Positions 47,661-60,210 of a stretch of 64,000 bases of DNA are shown here, piece by piece (the first letter of the stretch is position 1; each line of letters opens with the position of its first letter). This DNA comes from Mobula hypostoma (Eukaryota): positions 176,392,001 through 176,456,000 of the forward strand of contig NC_086097.1 of NCBI RefSeq assembly GCF_963921235.1. Direction: 5' to 3'. The notes under the pieces are model-generated. The model did no database searches. It saw nothing but the letters and a program-made list of their open reading frames with translations, and was not told the origin of the DNA. A program made the position numbers and the translations under genes.

Positions 47661-48659
47661 AGTGTAAACTCAGTGAGTTAAAGGGCCTCTTCCAATGATG
47701 TAGGATTAAATGAAACAAACATTTGCTTATCATCAGTTTCTTTATTTCTGGAATCTTGCTGTGCCTAAACCTATCTAACGTATCTCCTACGTCACAGCAG
47801 TTCAAAGCAGTTAATTTGGTGACCTGAAGGACACTTCTATCATTCAGAAGAATGGTCTTAGCTAAAAATGCCAAATGTTTGTTAATTTTTATAGATGCTG
47901 CCTGACCAGCAGAGTTCCGCCGGCATCTTGTGTGTCACTCTGGATTTTCAGCATCTGCAGAATCCCTTGAGTTAATTTGGTGCACGGGTCTTTTGCAGAA
48001 ACCAAAGTCCTCCTTAATGAGGGCACAGATTTATTTATTAAAATAAATTATTAAATTTTATCTCTGAACAATCCCACAGAAGATAATTTACTAAGCTTCT
48101 TAAGAATTATTTATGAAGTCTCAATTAAGCAGGCTTGAAATGTAAAGGCGTTTTACATAAACTGGCTTTACTTCATTGGGCCAGTAGTTGGCAATGTTGA
48201 GCGGTAGGTGGCAGAGTGAGAATATTCTGCTGATAACAAATCCTCATCCCATACTGTTACATGTCTGCAGAGGCAGGAAGGGAACCAACCCATCATCTGT
48301 AAAGAACTTCGGTTGACTAGCCTGGAAGGTTGAGAAGCCACAATTATATCGACAGCTTGATACAACTGAGACCGTTTCCATAACAACAGGAGACAATTCT
48401 CTGAAATATAAAAACAGGACTGAAGCTCTCCTGATGGCTTGTTAAGGTTAGCATTAGAATAGCTGACCCTCGCTAGCAGAGGGTGAAGGGTGAATGGGGG
48501 ATGGTAGCTGAATGGGCCTGTTCCTGCATTGGTTACCAGAAGCCTGGGTTGTTGAAGTGACATTGAGCTTAGCTTTCAATTAAATTCAAGATATTAGCCA
48601 AGAGCTAGAAAACAAGACTATTGTGAAACTCTGATAATCTGGTACCAGACTATTCAGAA

Positions 48660-49790
48660 ATCATAGTGTCATACAATTATAGACTACAGGCACTTCGACC
48701 CATCTAGTCTATGCTGAGCCATTAATCTGACTAGTCCCATCGGCCTGCACCTGGACCATAGCCCTCCGTACCCCTCTCATCTATGTATGAATCCAAATTT
48801 CTCTTAAATGTTGAAATTGACCCCATATCTGCTGTTTGCACTGGCAGCTTCTTCAGCACTCTCACTATCCTCCGTGTGAAGAAGATCCCCCTCTTGTCCC
48901 CCTTAAACATTTCACCTTTCATCCCTAACCTACGACCTCTAGTTGTAGTCTCACCTAAGTCCAGTGGAAAACAGCTGCATGCATTTACCCTATAGAGTCA
49001 TAGAGAAGTACAGCACAGAAACAGGCTCTTCAGACCCTTTACTCCACGTCACACTGCCTACTCCCATTGATCTGCACCAGGACCATAGCCTTCCACATCT
49101 CTGCTATCCATGTGCCTATCCAATCTTCTCTTAAATGTTGAAATTGAGCTTGCATGTACCACTTGTGCCAGCAGCTCATTCTGCACTCTCACAACCCTCT
49201 GAGTGAAGACGTTTTCCCCTCATGTTCCCCTTAAACTTCTCTTTTTTTTATTTCAAAATATACTTTATTCAAAAATAAATATATACAATAAACCATTCAA
49301 TAACTTTCCATCCTTTACATACGTTTCCATTATAGTCAGTACATATCCGTATTTTTAGCCACCCACGTGGCACTCCAGTAGTTCAGCTTACCATATCATT
49401 GTTGAGGGGTATACTCCCCACCCCCCGACCCCTACCACTCCCGCGGGTGGAGAAACCTATACTGTGGTCCTTCCCCACCGGGCCCTTGCGGTGGCTGCAC
49501 CAAGTTTCAGTGCGTCCCTCAGCACGTACTCCTGCAGCCGAGAATGGGCCAGTCGGCAGCATTCTCCCACGGACATCTCCATGTGCTGGTAGATCATCAA
49601 GTGTCGGGCTCTCTCTGTACCTTAACGGCACTCCTCAGTGCTCTACCATTCGTTGTGAAAGACCTGCCCTGGCTGGTCCCTCAAAAGTGCAACACCTCAC
49701 ACTTGTCTGCATTAAATTCCATCTGTCATTTTCCAGCCCATTTTCCCAGCTGGTCCAACTCCCACTCCAGGCTTTGATGGTCCTCCTCAC
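48660..49790 (-). mobile_element. Two tandem CR1 3' fragments (48660-48993; 48995-49240 plus 49610-49790), the second interrupted by a Tx1 end
   Basis: Two reverse-complement CR1 tails, ORF 48731-48922 CR1 C-terminus, and a resumed RT segment (WQMEFNADKCEVLHF) after 49610. Confidence 0.8.
49240..49600 (-). mobile_element. Tx1/L1-clade LINE 3' end
   Basis: The minus strand encodes EMSVGECCRLAHSRLQEYVLRDALKLGAATARARWGRTTV* (stop 49457-59), then an AT-rich UTR, AATAAA and a short poly(A) at 49242-49249. Confidence 0.7.
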
Positions 49791-50180
49791 TATAGTCTCC
49801 TTAGCCCCAGGAGCTATGTTTTATTCACTGCATGAGGTGTGGGAATTCTGGGAGACTTTGAGCTGCCAGTCCTGCCCCTCCTGCAACCAAGTCTCACTAA
49901 TGGCTACAATGTCATAATTCCACATACTGATTCATGCCCCAAGCTTCAAACTCTAAGCTCTCTAAATCCAGATGGCTTGGATTCAATCTCATCAGGTGTG
50001 TTTCGTAAAAATGCATGAGAGCCCTGCTTTCTGTGTTCCCAGTAAAATCACTGGGATCCTCTTCCCCACGTTCCTACAAAGTTACCAGGAACAAGGGCTC
50101 TACTCTCTCCAACACATCAGAACCCAAATTTCCACAATCCCTCTAACACACCGGGACCCCAGTTCCCACTCTCCCTCTCC

Positions 50181-51078
50181 CTTCAACTACTGCACAGAGT
50201 CTTGTCATCTTCCGAAGTTTCCTGATGACTCTGCCATAGTTGGATGCATCAGCAAGGGAGATGAGGCTGAGTACAGGGCTATGGTAGGAAACTTTGTCAC
50301 ATGGTGTGAGCAGAATTATCTGCAGCTTAATATGTAAAAGACTAAGGAGCTTCTGGTAGACCTGAGAAGAGCTAAGGTACCAGTGACCCCTGTTTCCATC
50401 CAGGGGGTCAGGGTGGACATAGTGGAGGATTACAAATACCTGGGGATATGAACTGACAATAAACTGGACTGGTCAAAGAACACTGAGGCTGTCTACAAGA
50501 AGGGTCAGAGCCGTCTCTATTTCCTGAGGAGACTGAGGTCCTTTAACATCTGCCAGACAATGCTGAGAATGTTCTACGAGTCTGTGGTGGCCAGTGCTAT
50601 CATGTTTGCTGTTGTGTGCTGGGGCAGCAGGCTGAGGGTAGCAGACACCAACAGAATCAACAAACTCATTCGTAAGGCCAGTGATGTTGTGGGGATGGAA
50701 CTGGACTCTCTGAAGGTGGTGTCTGAAAAGAGGATGCTGTCCAAGTTGCATGCCATCTTGGACAATGTCTCCCATCCACTACATAATGTACTGATTGGGC
50801 ACAGGAGTACATTCAGCCAGAGACTCATTCCACCAAGATGCAACACAAAGCGTCATAGGAAGTCATTCCTGCCTGTGGCCATCAAACTTTACAACTCCTC
50901 CCTTGGAGGGTCAGACACCCTGAGCCAATAGACTGGTCCTGGACTTATTTCCTGGCATAATTTACATATTACTATTTAACTATTTATGGTTTTACTACTA
51001 TTTATTATTTATGGTGCAACTGTAACAAAAACCAGTTTCCCCCGGGATAAATAAAGTATGACTATGACTATGACTATA
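50181..51078 (+). mobile_element. Young Rex1-like LINE 3' fragment
   Basis: CHLPKFPDDSAIVGCI, YKYLG and MLRMFYESVVASAIMFAVVCWG...RKSFLPVAIKLYN, with a (GACTAT)n tail. Confidence 0.92.
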
Positions 51079-51079
51079 G

Positions 51080-51720
51080 AGGGAACCCAGTTCCCACTCT
51101 CCCGCTAAAACACCAGGACCCTAGTTCTCACTCTCCCACTTATACAGTGGAACCTCAGTTCCCATTCTCCTTCTGACACCCCAGGACCCCAGTTCCCCCA
51201 TTCCCTCTAACACACCAGATCCTAGTTTCCACTTTCCCTCTGACACACTGGGATCTCAGTTCCCATTCTCTTTCTAACCCACCGGAACCCTAGTTGTCAC
51301 TCGCCCTCTAGCACACAGAGACCTGAGTTCCCACTCTTCTCCCTCTGACACACCAGGGCCCCATTTCTCCTCCTCTCTCTAAAACATAGAGAGCCCAGTT
51401 CCCACATTCCCTCTAACACACCGGGACCCCAGTTCCCGTTCCCTCTCTGACACACCGGGGCCCCAGTTCTCATCCTCTCTCTAACACACGGAGACCACAG
51501 TTCCCACACTCCCTCTAACACATGGGAACCCCAGATCCCATTCTCACTCTAACACACCGGAACCCCAATTCCCACTCTCCCTCTAACACACTAGGATTGC
51601 AGATCCCACTCTCCTTCTAACACACCAGACCCCAGTTGCCACTCTCCCTCTAGCACACCAACACCACAATTCCCACTCTTCCTCTGACACACCAGGACCC
51701 CGGTTCCCACACTTCTAACA
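51080..51720 (+). repeat. Diverged ~34 bp minisatellite (GGACCCCAGTTCCCACTCTCCCTCTAACACACC); further units at 50085-50180
   Basis: About 18 visible units on the right of the Rex1 insertion and about 3 on the left. Confidence 0.9.
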
Positions 51721-52139
51721 GTTTGTCCTGCATGTTGTTATTGCTTTACACTGTGCTACCTCAATGATCTATTATAATGAATTGATCTGTGTAAATGTAT
51801 ACATACTGAAGTTTTTCACTACCTCAGTATATGTATTATAGTAAATTTTGCCAATCGCTTTTCACTCAATATGGGATCCCCACGTGTGAGTGCAGTAAGC
51901 AATAGCTTCCAAATCCACAAGCTGCCTTTCCACTGGCTCTCTCCTGTGGGAGACTCGTCATGAGCTCTGCAATTGATTAAGCAATTCCAACATTTCTCTG
52001 GCTTATAAACAGTGTCATCTTAATGGAGACTATATTGTCTACAAGAGACCCAGGTAACTACATTTTTTGTAATTGAGTTAAGTATTTTTAGTTACTTTTG
52101 AGAGAACCTTTTCCATTTACAGTAATCTTTGAAATAGAT

Positions 52140-52455
52140 TTGAATGTTGAAGAGGGAGGAGGAAAAAGGGAAAGAGTGGGGTCAAAGAGATGAAATGATG
52201 AGAAAAAGAAAGTGATGTAAAGTAAAAGAGAAAACGTGAAAGAAGAGAGCAGAATGAGAGAGAAACAGAAAAGTGGGGCATATAGAGGGAAGAGTGTGAG
52301 ATAAAAGACAAAGAATGGACAGAAAGGAAAGGAAGTGAGAAAGAAAAAGAGAAGTGGAGAAGGAGAAGGATTAAAATAAACAGAAAGAAAGAGAGAGAGA
52401 AAAGAGAAAGGTAGCAGGTAAATAATTTATAAAAGGAGAAAAGAAGGAAGGAACA
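52140..52455 (+). repeat. GA-rich low-complexity tract
   Basis: Nearly pure purine sequence. Confidence 0.8.
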
Positions 52456-54129
52456 CAGTAAGTTCCCAACTGTATTTAAACTTGGTAAGCTGGTTTGATA
52501 GAATTGCTAACAGTTATTTCAACTTTGGCCAAGGGTGAATACTGAGTGATTATTTTCAAAATATTCTGATCTTCTATGTAAATGGTGATGATTTATCTTC
52601 AACGACAGCTCAAACTAGCATTCTTGTTCATTGCACAATGCCAGTAAGGCATGAAATAAGATTTACAGGGTCTTCAAAACAGTGGAAAAGAGATTTGGTG
52701 TGAATGAATTAAGTACTTATGCACTAATATTATCACAGTATAATTTTAAAGCCAATGCAATTTCTATAATTTGCCCTTATTCATAACACATCTCCTTTGC
52801 TCAGGAATAGGTATTCCATTGAAAGTAAATCCATCTGTATTATTCCCATGGCTTACTAATAAAAGCCATCAGAAATAAAGACTTCAATTTCTATGAGACT
52901 GCTCTCAGCCTCGGGAACTCAAGATATTTTATACTTTTGCTATTTTTGATGCAAAGTCAGATACCTGTCAACCAATCTGTGAAAGACAAGATCCTACAGT
53001 CCTTTATAAAAATTGGCTTTATTATTGTCTCTTGTATGAATAAATAGCGAAAAGATTTATTTTGCATGCCATGGAGACAGATGGTTTCATACATGGGTAT
53101 GGTGAGGTAGTACAACAAGGAAAACAGAATGGAGAATGAAGTGCAGTGTAGGTAGACAAAGAAGGGGCAAGGTCCACATCAAGGTTGACAGAAAGACCTG
53201 CAGGCAAGGATGGTGCCTTTCTATTTCGGTGGACTGATTTCTGCCTTGCCAAGACCAAGAGCTCTTGGATAATTCCTCTGACCTATTCCTGAATGATGAC
53301 TCACTGAAAAACAACAGGTCATTATCTCCCACACCGTCACAGATCTCATTACACCAGGATATCTCCTAGTTCTTCAACCCCACAATTCCTACTCCCAGGT
53401 CTTAGCCACATACAAGCCCCATTGTTTTTACCTACTCTTGTCCCACCAATTTTATCTCATAGAACATAGAACATTACAGCCCAGCTCAGGCCCTTCTGCC
53501 TATGATGTTGTGCCAGCCTTTCAACCAACTCTAAGATCAAATTAAATCTTCCCTCCTACGTAGCCATCCATTCTTTATCATCCATGTACTTATCTGACAG
53601 TTTTTAAAATGCCGCCCCTCAACCATGACCTGTGGCAGGGTATTTCATGCATCTACCTCTCTCTGTCACACCCCTCTTACCACTGGCTTTCCCCTATACT
53701 TTCCTCCAATCACTTCACAACTATGTCCCCTGGAAAAATGTATTTTGCTACCCACTTAATCTATGCCTCTTATCACTTTATGCACCTTTATAAATTGGCT
53801 TCTGATTCTGCACAACTCTTCACTCATCAACTCATACCTCAACTTCACCCTGTTCCACCTTGTCCAGTCCCTACCCACACTCATCTGGAACATCTCATGT
53901 ACCCTCCACCATTTGGACAAATTCTGATTTCCTGGCCCTTAATACCTCATCTTCACTACAGATGTCCAGTTTTTCTCCACCTCCATTCCCCCTTCAGGCA
54001 AGTCTAAAAGCCCTCTTCCTTTCTATAACGAAGATCCTACCAGCTTCACTACATCAACACTCCTGGATGAACTTATTTTTACCTTAAACAGCTCCTGTTT
54101 TGTTATCTCTTTCTACAAATCAGAAGTGG

Positions 54130-54704
54130 ATCTATCCATACTCTCATGGACCCCAGCTTTGCCTGTCTTTTTGTTAACTAGCCCCTGTTCTAAGGCACAA
54201 TGGAGTCTGCAGATATTGGAAATATGGATATCATCCTTCAAATGATGAAGGATGGTGCACTGGATGCAGATGCTCATAGGGTGAAAGGACTAGGGAGAAT
54301 CTATCTCTGTTCCATCTGGGTAGGAGGCAGGATGAGAGCTGAATAATGAGAAACAGAAGAGCCGTGCGATCGAGCTCCATTAACCACATCAGAAGGGAAG
54401 CCATGTGTCCTGAAAGAGGAGCATATTTCTGATATCCTGGAACAGGAAGTCTTATTTTGACAGCATATGTGGCAGAGAAGGAGAAACTGGGAGAAAGGAT
54501 TGGCATCCTTACTAGAGACAGGATGGGAGGAGGTATAATTCAAGTATCATTGGAAGCCCATGGATTCATAGTAAATATCAGTGGGCAGTTTGTCTCCTGA
54601 GATGGAGACAATGATATTGAGAAAAGGGGGGAAGTGTCAGAAAGAGCCCACATGAATTTAAAAGAAGGGGGGAAGATGGTGGTGAAGGTGATTAAATTGA
54701 TGAG
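54130..54704 (-). mobile_element. Penelope-like RT C-terminal fragment (with a short + strand MDPSFACLFV piece at 54140-54190)
   Basis: The minus strand reads VSISGDKLPTDIYY...YLNYTSSHPVSSKDANPFSQFL.LCHIC. Confidence 0.75.
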
Positions 54705-55205
54705 TGTCAGGGTCCCGATCGCTAATTGCCTATCTTGCTCCTAATTTCCTTTGATTGTGCCATGGTTCCGAACATTAATTTCCCATTTGCTTCTAATTCT
54801 CTCTGATGACGACAAATCTGGTTTCCATCAAGACCTGCAGCATAAGAACCCCGGTGTTGCAAAACTAGCCAGATCGTTGGATTTGCCTGTGTGGTAATTA
54901 ATGTTTCCGGGCCGCTTAGGACCGGGTGTTCTAAGTTTTGCTGCAGTTTCAGGGTTTAACTATGAAACCCAGTCTCTCTATGTCAAGGCTCCATGTCAAA
55001 GTCCCTCCTGTTAGCTGTCCAACGTTCACGCCCAAGTAAGCATCCTAACTCAATCTCCGTGCCTGTGTCCTGCACATGGGTTCGCTTCATTTGCTCATTG
55101 TAACAGAACGATCTGGCCACAATGGACCCAGCGGACACCAATACCCTGCAACAAGCCCTCACCAGCCAGGGCTCCCTACTGGGTCTGCACTATCAACTTC
55201 TTTAC
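54705..55205 (+). mobile_element. Gypsy (Sushi-like) 5' LTR (54705-55105) plus the start of gag
   Basis: LTR bounded by TGTCA...TAACA, followed by GAACGATCTGGCCACA and an ATG at 55122 (MDPADTNTLQQALTSQG); truncated afterwards. Confidence 0.7.
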
Positions 55206-56029
55206 TTGATAGTCTAGGTTATGTCCACAACTGATTGATGAGCAATGAGTAGACTGGCTCAGTTAACTGAGATCAAAGTCAGGTGAGCAATCAGTGAAGT
55301 CAATTGAAATAAATCGTGAATGGAGAGCACTACACAGAAACTGTTGGTTGCACATTTAACATGATCCCGTTGCCAAATTCCTACCAAGCTTTTTTAATGT
55401 TTTGTCAAGCTCAAAGTAAGGTGCAGGACATACAGAAGCATGATTAAGACAGGCGAATGTTATAAAAAAGCCTTAAAAATGAAAAAAAAAAGTATCGTTG
55501 CTTTAAAAATCATTGAACAGTGAAGTAATTAACTGAAGGAATAAAGCTTTATAGTTATAAAGTTAGCTTTCTTAAGCATTGGAAATCCTGTTAAGCTGTA
55601 ATTATGTCTTAGTGCACCATTAAAAACTCAGTTACACCTCATTCAGCAAGACGTACTGTCTTCAGGGTTTTACAACAGCAACAATAATTTCTGAAAGTTT
55701 GGAGTTCTGGGCGGTTCATTACTTTCTGCTCTTTACATTGAAGAGAGCCTTGGAGGAGCAAGGATCACAGTAACTTCTGACTTGGAATTGGAAGTGGAAT
55801 TGGTTTATTATTAGTCTTGGTTCATTATTGTCACACGGACCAAGATACAGCGAAAAGCTTATTTTGCATACTGTTGTAAAGAGCCTAGGAAGCAAATTAG
55901 ACCAACCATGACAGAAATGGATGGCAAAATGTTGGAAGAGCTAAATTTTCTCCTTTTCCTACTGTGTTGTTTAATTCATTATAAAATAATGCTCAGATAT
56001 TTGTGTAATAAAGGACTATGGAAAATGCA

Positions 56030-57570
56030 TTGAGAATTGGTATTGAAATTGGTTTGGTGTTGAAATTAAATTTGTTTATTGGCACAGGTACCAAGATACA
56101 GTGAAAACCTTTACTTTTTACTGTTCTTACAGATCAAATCATTACATGGTGCACTGAGGTAGAATAAGGTAAAAAACTAAGAAAGCTACCAGTGAAGTGC
56201 AGTGCAGGTAAACAATAAAGTGCAAGATTATAACGAGATTATGCATCTTATCAAACAAGAGGTCCAACCAACAGTCTGATAACTGTGGGATCAAAGCTAT
56301 CCTTGAGCTTGGTGGTACATGCTTTAAGAATTCTGTATCTTCTGTCCATTGGGAAAGGGGAGAAGACCGTATATCTGGGGTGGGTGAGGTCTTTGATTTA
56401 CTGAGTCGATGGAGGGCAGGTTGGTTTCCATGATGTGTTCAGCTGTGTCCATAACCCTCTGCACTTGTACATTTAACCTGCATGTTTAATTGGCTCAGCA
56501 CAGCATTATGGGTCACAGGTCCTGTTCCTGTGCTGTGGCTGTTCTATGTTATATGTTCTAATTCCTTGTCCGTTCTCTAGAAGAGATGGGTGCTTGGACT
56601 CGGTTCTACCTACCTGCCTTTTTTTTTAACCATAGCCCTTGATTCCACTGCCATGCAAAAAATCTGTGTCTTAAATACATTTAATGAGGTAGCCTCTACT
56701 GTTTCCCTGGGAAGAGAATTCTGCAGAATCACTAATCTCTGAGAAAACTGGTATCTCCCCATCTCCATCCTAAATCCATCCTCCCTAATCTTGAGGCTAT
56801 GTCCCTTTGTTCTCATCTCAATTAGAAGGAAGTGTGAACTGAAGTAGCACAGAAAGGAATTAACCTTAAGGACTGAAGTGGTTCAAGAAGGCAGAAAACT
56901 ACCCCCTTCTCAAAGGCAATAAATTAACTGCGAAGCTACTGCCCTGATATAAAAACAAGAATTCCTGAAGTGATGTTCTGGGGCAGAGTTGACTGATCCC
57001 CAAATACCACATTATTTCTCTAGCCAGAAGAGTGTTTTCCCTGAATGGAAAATCACAAGGGAACTCAATCAGCTTGGTACTTCATTGTCATAAAGCCACA
57101 GAGTTTGTAACCAGATTGTTCGGCCCAGCTCCTCCATGCCAACTGTGTTGCCCAGTGTGCTAGTCCCATTTGACCACATTTGGCCCATTGTTATTTAAAA
57201 CTCTACTATTAATGTACTTATCCACTGTAGATGGCTCTTAAATGCAGTTAATGTGTTGCTTTAACTATTATTTCTGCCTGCTCATTCCAAATACATACCA
57301 ACCTTTTTATGAAGAGACTGACCCTCATGTCCCTTTTAAATTTCTCACCTCTGATCTTAAACTTATGCCCCTCTTTTTTGACATCCTATCCCTGGGAAAA
57401 AAGACAATGTGCTTTTACTCTGTCAATGCCCCTAATGAAATTGTATACCTCTATCGGGTCATCCGAGAAATGAAGCACCGGACTATCAACCTCACATTGT
57501 AATTTAGGCCCCCAAGCCCAGGCGACATCCTGGCAAATCTTTTCTGCCCCCTGTTTCCAATTAAACCAAA
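56030..57570 (-). mobile_element. Cluster: Rex1 tail (56030-56465) and CR1 3' fragments (56590-56820, 57090-57570)
   Basis: ORF 56610-56816 reads RTKGHSLKIR...QNSLPRETVEA; ORF 57386 reads IEVYNFIRGIDRV. Confidence 0.7.
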
Positions 57571-58704
57571 TTACATGCAGCACATGACAATGTTGAAGGA
57601 GGGACCAGTAGACTGGGATGAAGAGAGAGCTCTCCTACGGAGTCAATGCAGGACAGAATGGGCTTATGGCCTGAGCTTATTCGCTGCATGGTTCTTCTCC
57701 CCTCACCCACTCTTCATCCATGAACAATGCAGGAAGAACACATTATGGCCTTAAGTAGCTTATGTGTAAATAAACCAGTGTACAGAATTCAATTCACTTG
57801 CTTTGTTTTTAACCAGGCATTCATGAATCTCACATGAAAGCAGTTAAGTGGATCTGCATTAATTCCTTTTGGTTGGAGACTTATAGCTCAGTGTTGAAAC
57901 TGAGTCAGAAGTTCTATTCACTGATATTAAATGGAGACTTACCAGTTTTTTTTGCTCCTGTGCCCTGCTCTGTGGATGGTTATGTATGTGCATCCATTAT
58001 CCAAAACTGCATTCATTTGGATCTGGGGTGTAGAGGAACAGCAGGGGGAAAAGCTAACGGGAGAGCTCTTTCAAGGAATAGATTCATTCTTTGCCAATTG
58101 ACTATCTAATTCAGCTTCTCCAATGATTGCAACGAAACTAAGCCTTCGATAATCCACCTCTGACTGTTCAGAAATCTTGATCAAGAAATCCTGAAACTCC
58201 AACTCACACAGTCCTTTTTTTCTCCCCCCAGGGAAAGAGTAGAGGGCTGAAAGAAGTGTAACTCTTCACAGAGGTGGTTCTGTGTGTATGGTCAGAGGAT
58301 ATGGTTGAGGCAGGTACCATAACAATATCTAAGAGACATCTGGTGGTACTGTAGATGGAAAGGAAAGCATAATTGGTAAATTGGTTTATTATTGTCATAT
58401 ACTGAGGTCCAGTACTACAGTGCGTTGAGGTAAGTCACAATAAAAACAATAACAGAATGCAGAATAAAGCACTACTGAGAAAGTGAAGTGCAGGCAGACA
58501 ATAATGTGCAAGAGCCATATTGATGGGGATTGTGAGGTCAAGTGTCCATCTTAATAAGCAATGGACAACTCAATAGCCTTATAACATGGGATTGTTTACT
58601 TGGATTTTCAGAAGGCCTTTGACCAGGTGCCACGCATGAGACTGCTAAATAAGATAAGACCCTGTGGCATTACAGGAAAGATATTAGCATGGACAGAAGA
58701 TTGG

Positions 58705-60210
58705 CTGCTCTCTGTATATACATGACTGTGTGGCTAGGCATAGCTCAAATACCATCTATAAACTTGCTGACACATCAACCATTGTTGGTAGAATCTCAGC
58801 TGGTGACGAGAGGGCATACAGGAGTGAGATATGCCAACTAGTGGAATGGTGCCGCAGCAACAACCTGGCACTTGACGTCAGTAAGACGAAAGAGCTGATT
58901 GTGGACTTCAGGAAGGGTAAGATGAAGGAACACATACCAATCCTCAGAGAGATCAGAAGTGGAGAGAGTGAGCAGCTTCAAGTTCCTAGGTGTCAAGATC
59001 TCTGACGATCTAACCTGGTGCCAACATATCAACGTAGTTATAAAAAAGGCAAGACAATGGCTATACTTTATCAGGAGTTTGAAGGGATTTGGCATGTCAA
59101 CAAATACATTCAAAAACTTCTATAGTTGTACCGTGGAGAGCATTCTGACAGGCTGCATCACTGTCTGGTATGGAGAGCTACTGCACAGGACTGAAAGAAG
59201 CTGCAGAAGGTTGTAAATCTAGTCAGATCCATCTTATGCACTAGCCTACAAAGTACCCAGGACATCTTTAGGGAGCGGTGTCTCAGAAAGGCAACGTCTA
59301 CTATTAAGGACCTCCAGCACCCAGGGCATGCCCTTTTCTCACTGTTACCATCAGGCAGGAGATACAGAAGCCTGAAGGCACACACTCTGCGATTCAGGAA
59401 CAGCTTCTTCCCCTCTGCCATCCGATTCAGTTCAGTTCAGTTTTCGTTTATTGTCATTTAGAAATGCATGCATTAGAAAATGATACAACGTTCCTCCAGA
59501 ATGATATCACAAGAAAACACAGGACAAACCAAGACTAAAACTGACAAAACCACATAATTACACATAGTTACAACAGTGCAAAGCAATACCGTAATTTGAT
59601 AAAGAGCAGACCATGGTCACGGTAAAAAAAAATTCTCAAGGTCCCGATAGACTCATCATCCCACTCAGTCGACAGAAGGGAGGAACTCTCCCCACCATGA
59701 ACCTGCAAGCACCGACAACTCGCCGATGCAGCAACATTGGAAGCACCCGACCGCAGCGGACTCTGAGTCCGTCCAAAATCTTCGAGCCTCTGATCAGCCC
59801 CTCCAACACAGCCTCTCAGAGCACCATCCTCTGCCGAGCTCTTCGACCCCGCCCCGGCCGCCGAGCAACAAGCAAAGCCGAGGACTTGGGGCCTTCCCCT
59901 CTGGAGATTCTGGACCACACAGTAGCAGCAGCGGCAAAGCAGGCATTTCAGAAGTTTCACCAGATTCCTCAATGGACATTGAAGCTTTGGACACGACCTC
60001 ATTTTTTTAAATATACAATATTTCTGTTTTTGCACATTTCTTAATCTATTCAATATATGTAACTGATTTACTTGTTTATTTATTATCATGCTTCATTTTA
60101 TTTATTATTTTTTTTCCTCCCTCTCTGCTAGATTATGTATTGCATTGAACTGCTGCTGCTAAGTTAACAAATTTCACGTCACATGCCGGTGATAGTAAAC
60201 CTGATTCTGA
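58705..60210 (+). mobile_element. Rex1/Babar-like LINE 3' part, interrupted at 59429-59962
   Basis: IYKLADTSTIVGRISAGDE and SFKFLGVKISDDLTW...ESILTGCITVWYG; the 3' UTR resumes at 59963 and ends AAACCTGATTCTGA. Confidence 0.9.
59429..59962 (-). mobile_element. Non-coding CpG-rich retroposon with a (CTGAA)n tail
   Basis: TSD GATTC at 59424-28 and 59963-67; tail TTCAGTTCAGTTCAG; AATAAA upstream of the tail on the minus strand. Confidence 0.75.

Noticed and set aside
59568..60089. 143-173 aa ORFs
   Set aside because: These are chance frames in a GC-rich non-coding insert and the adjacent Rex1 UTR.
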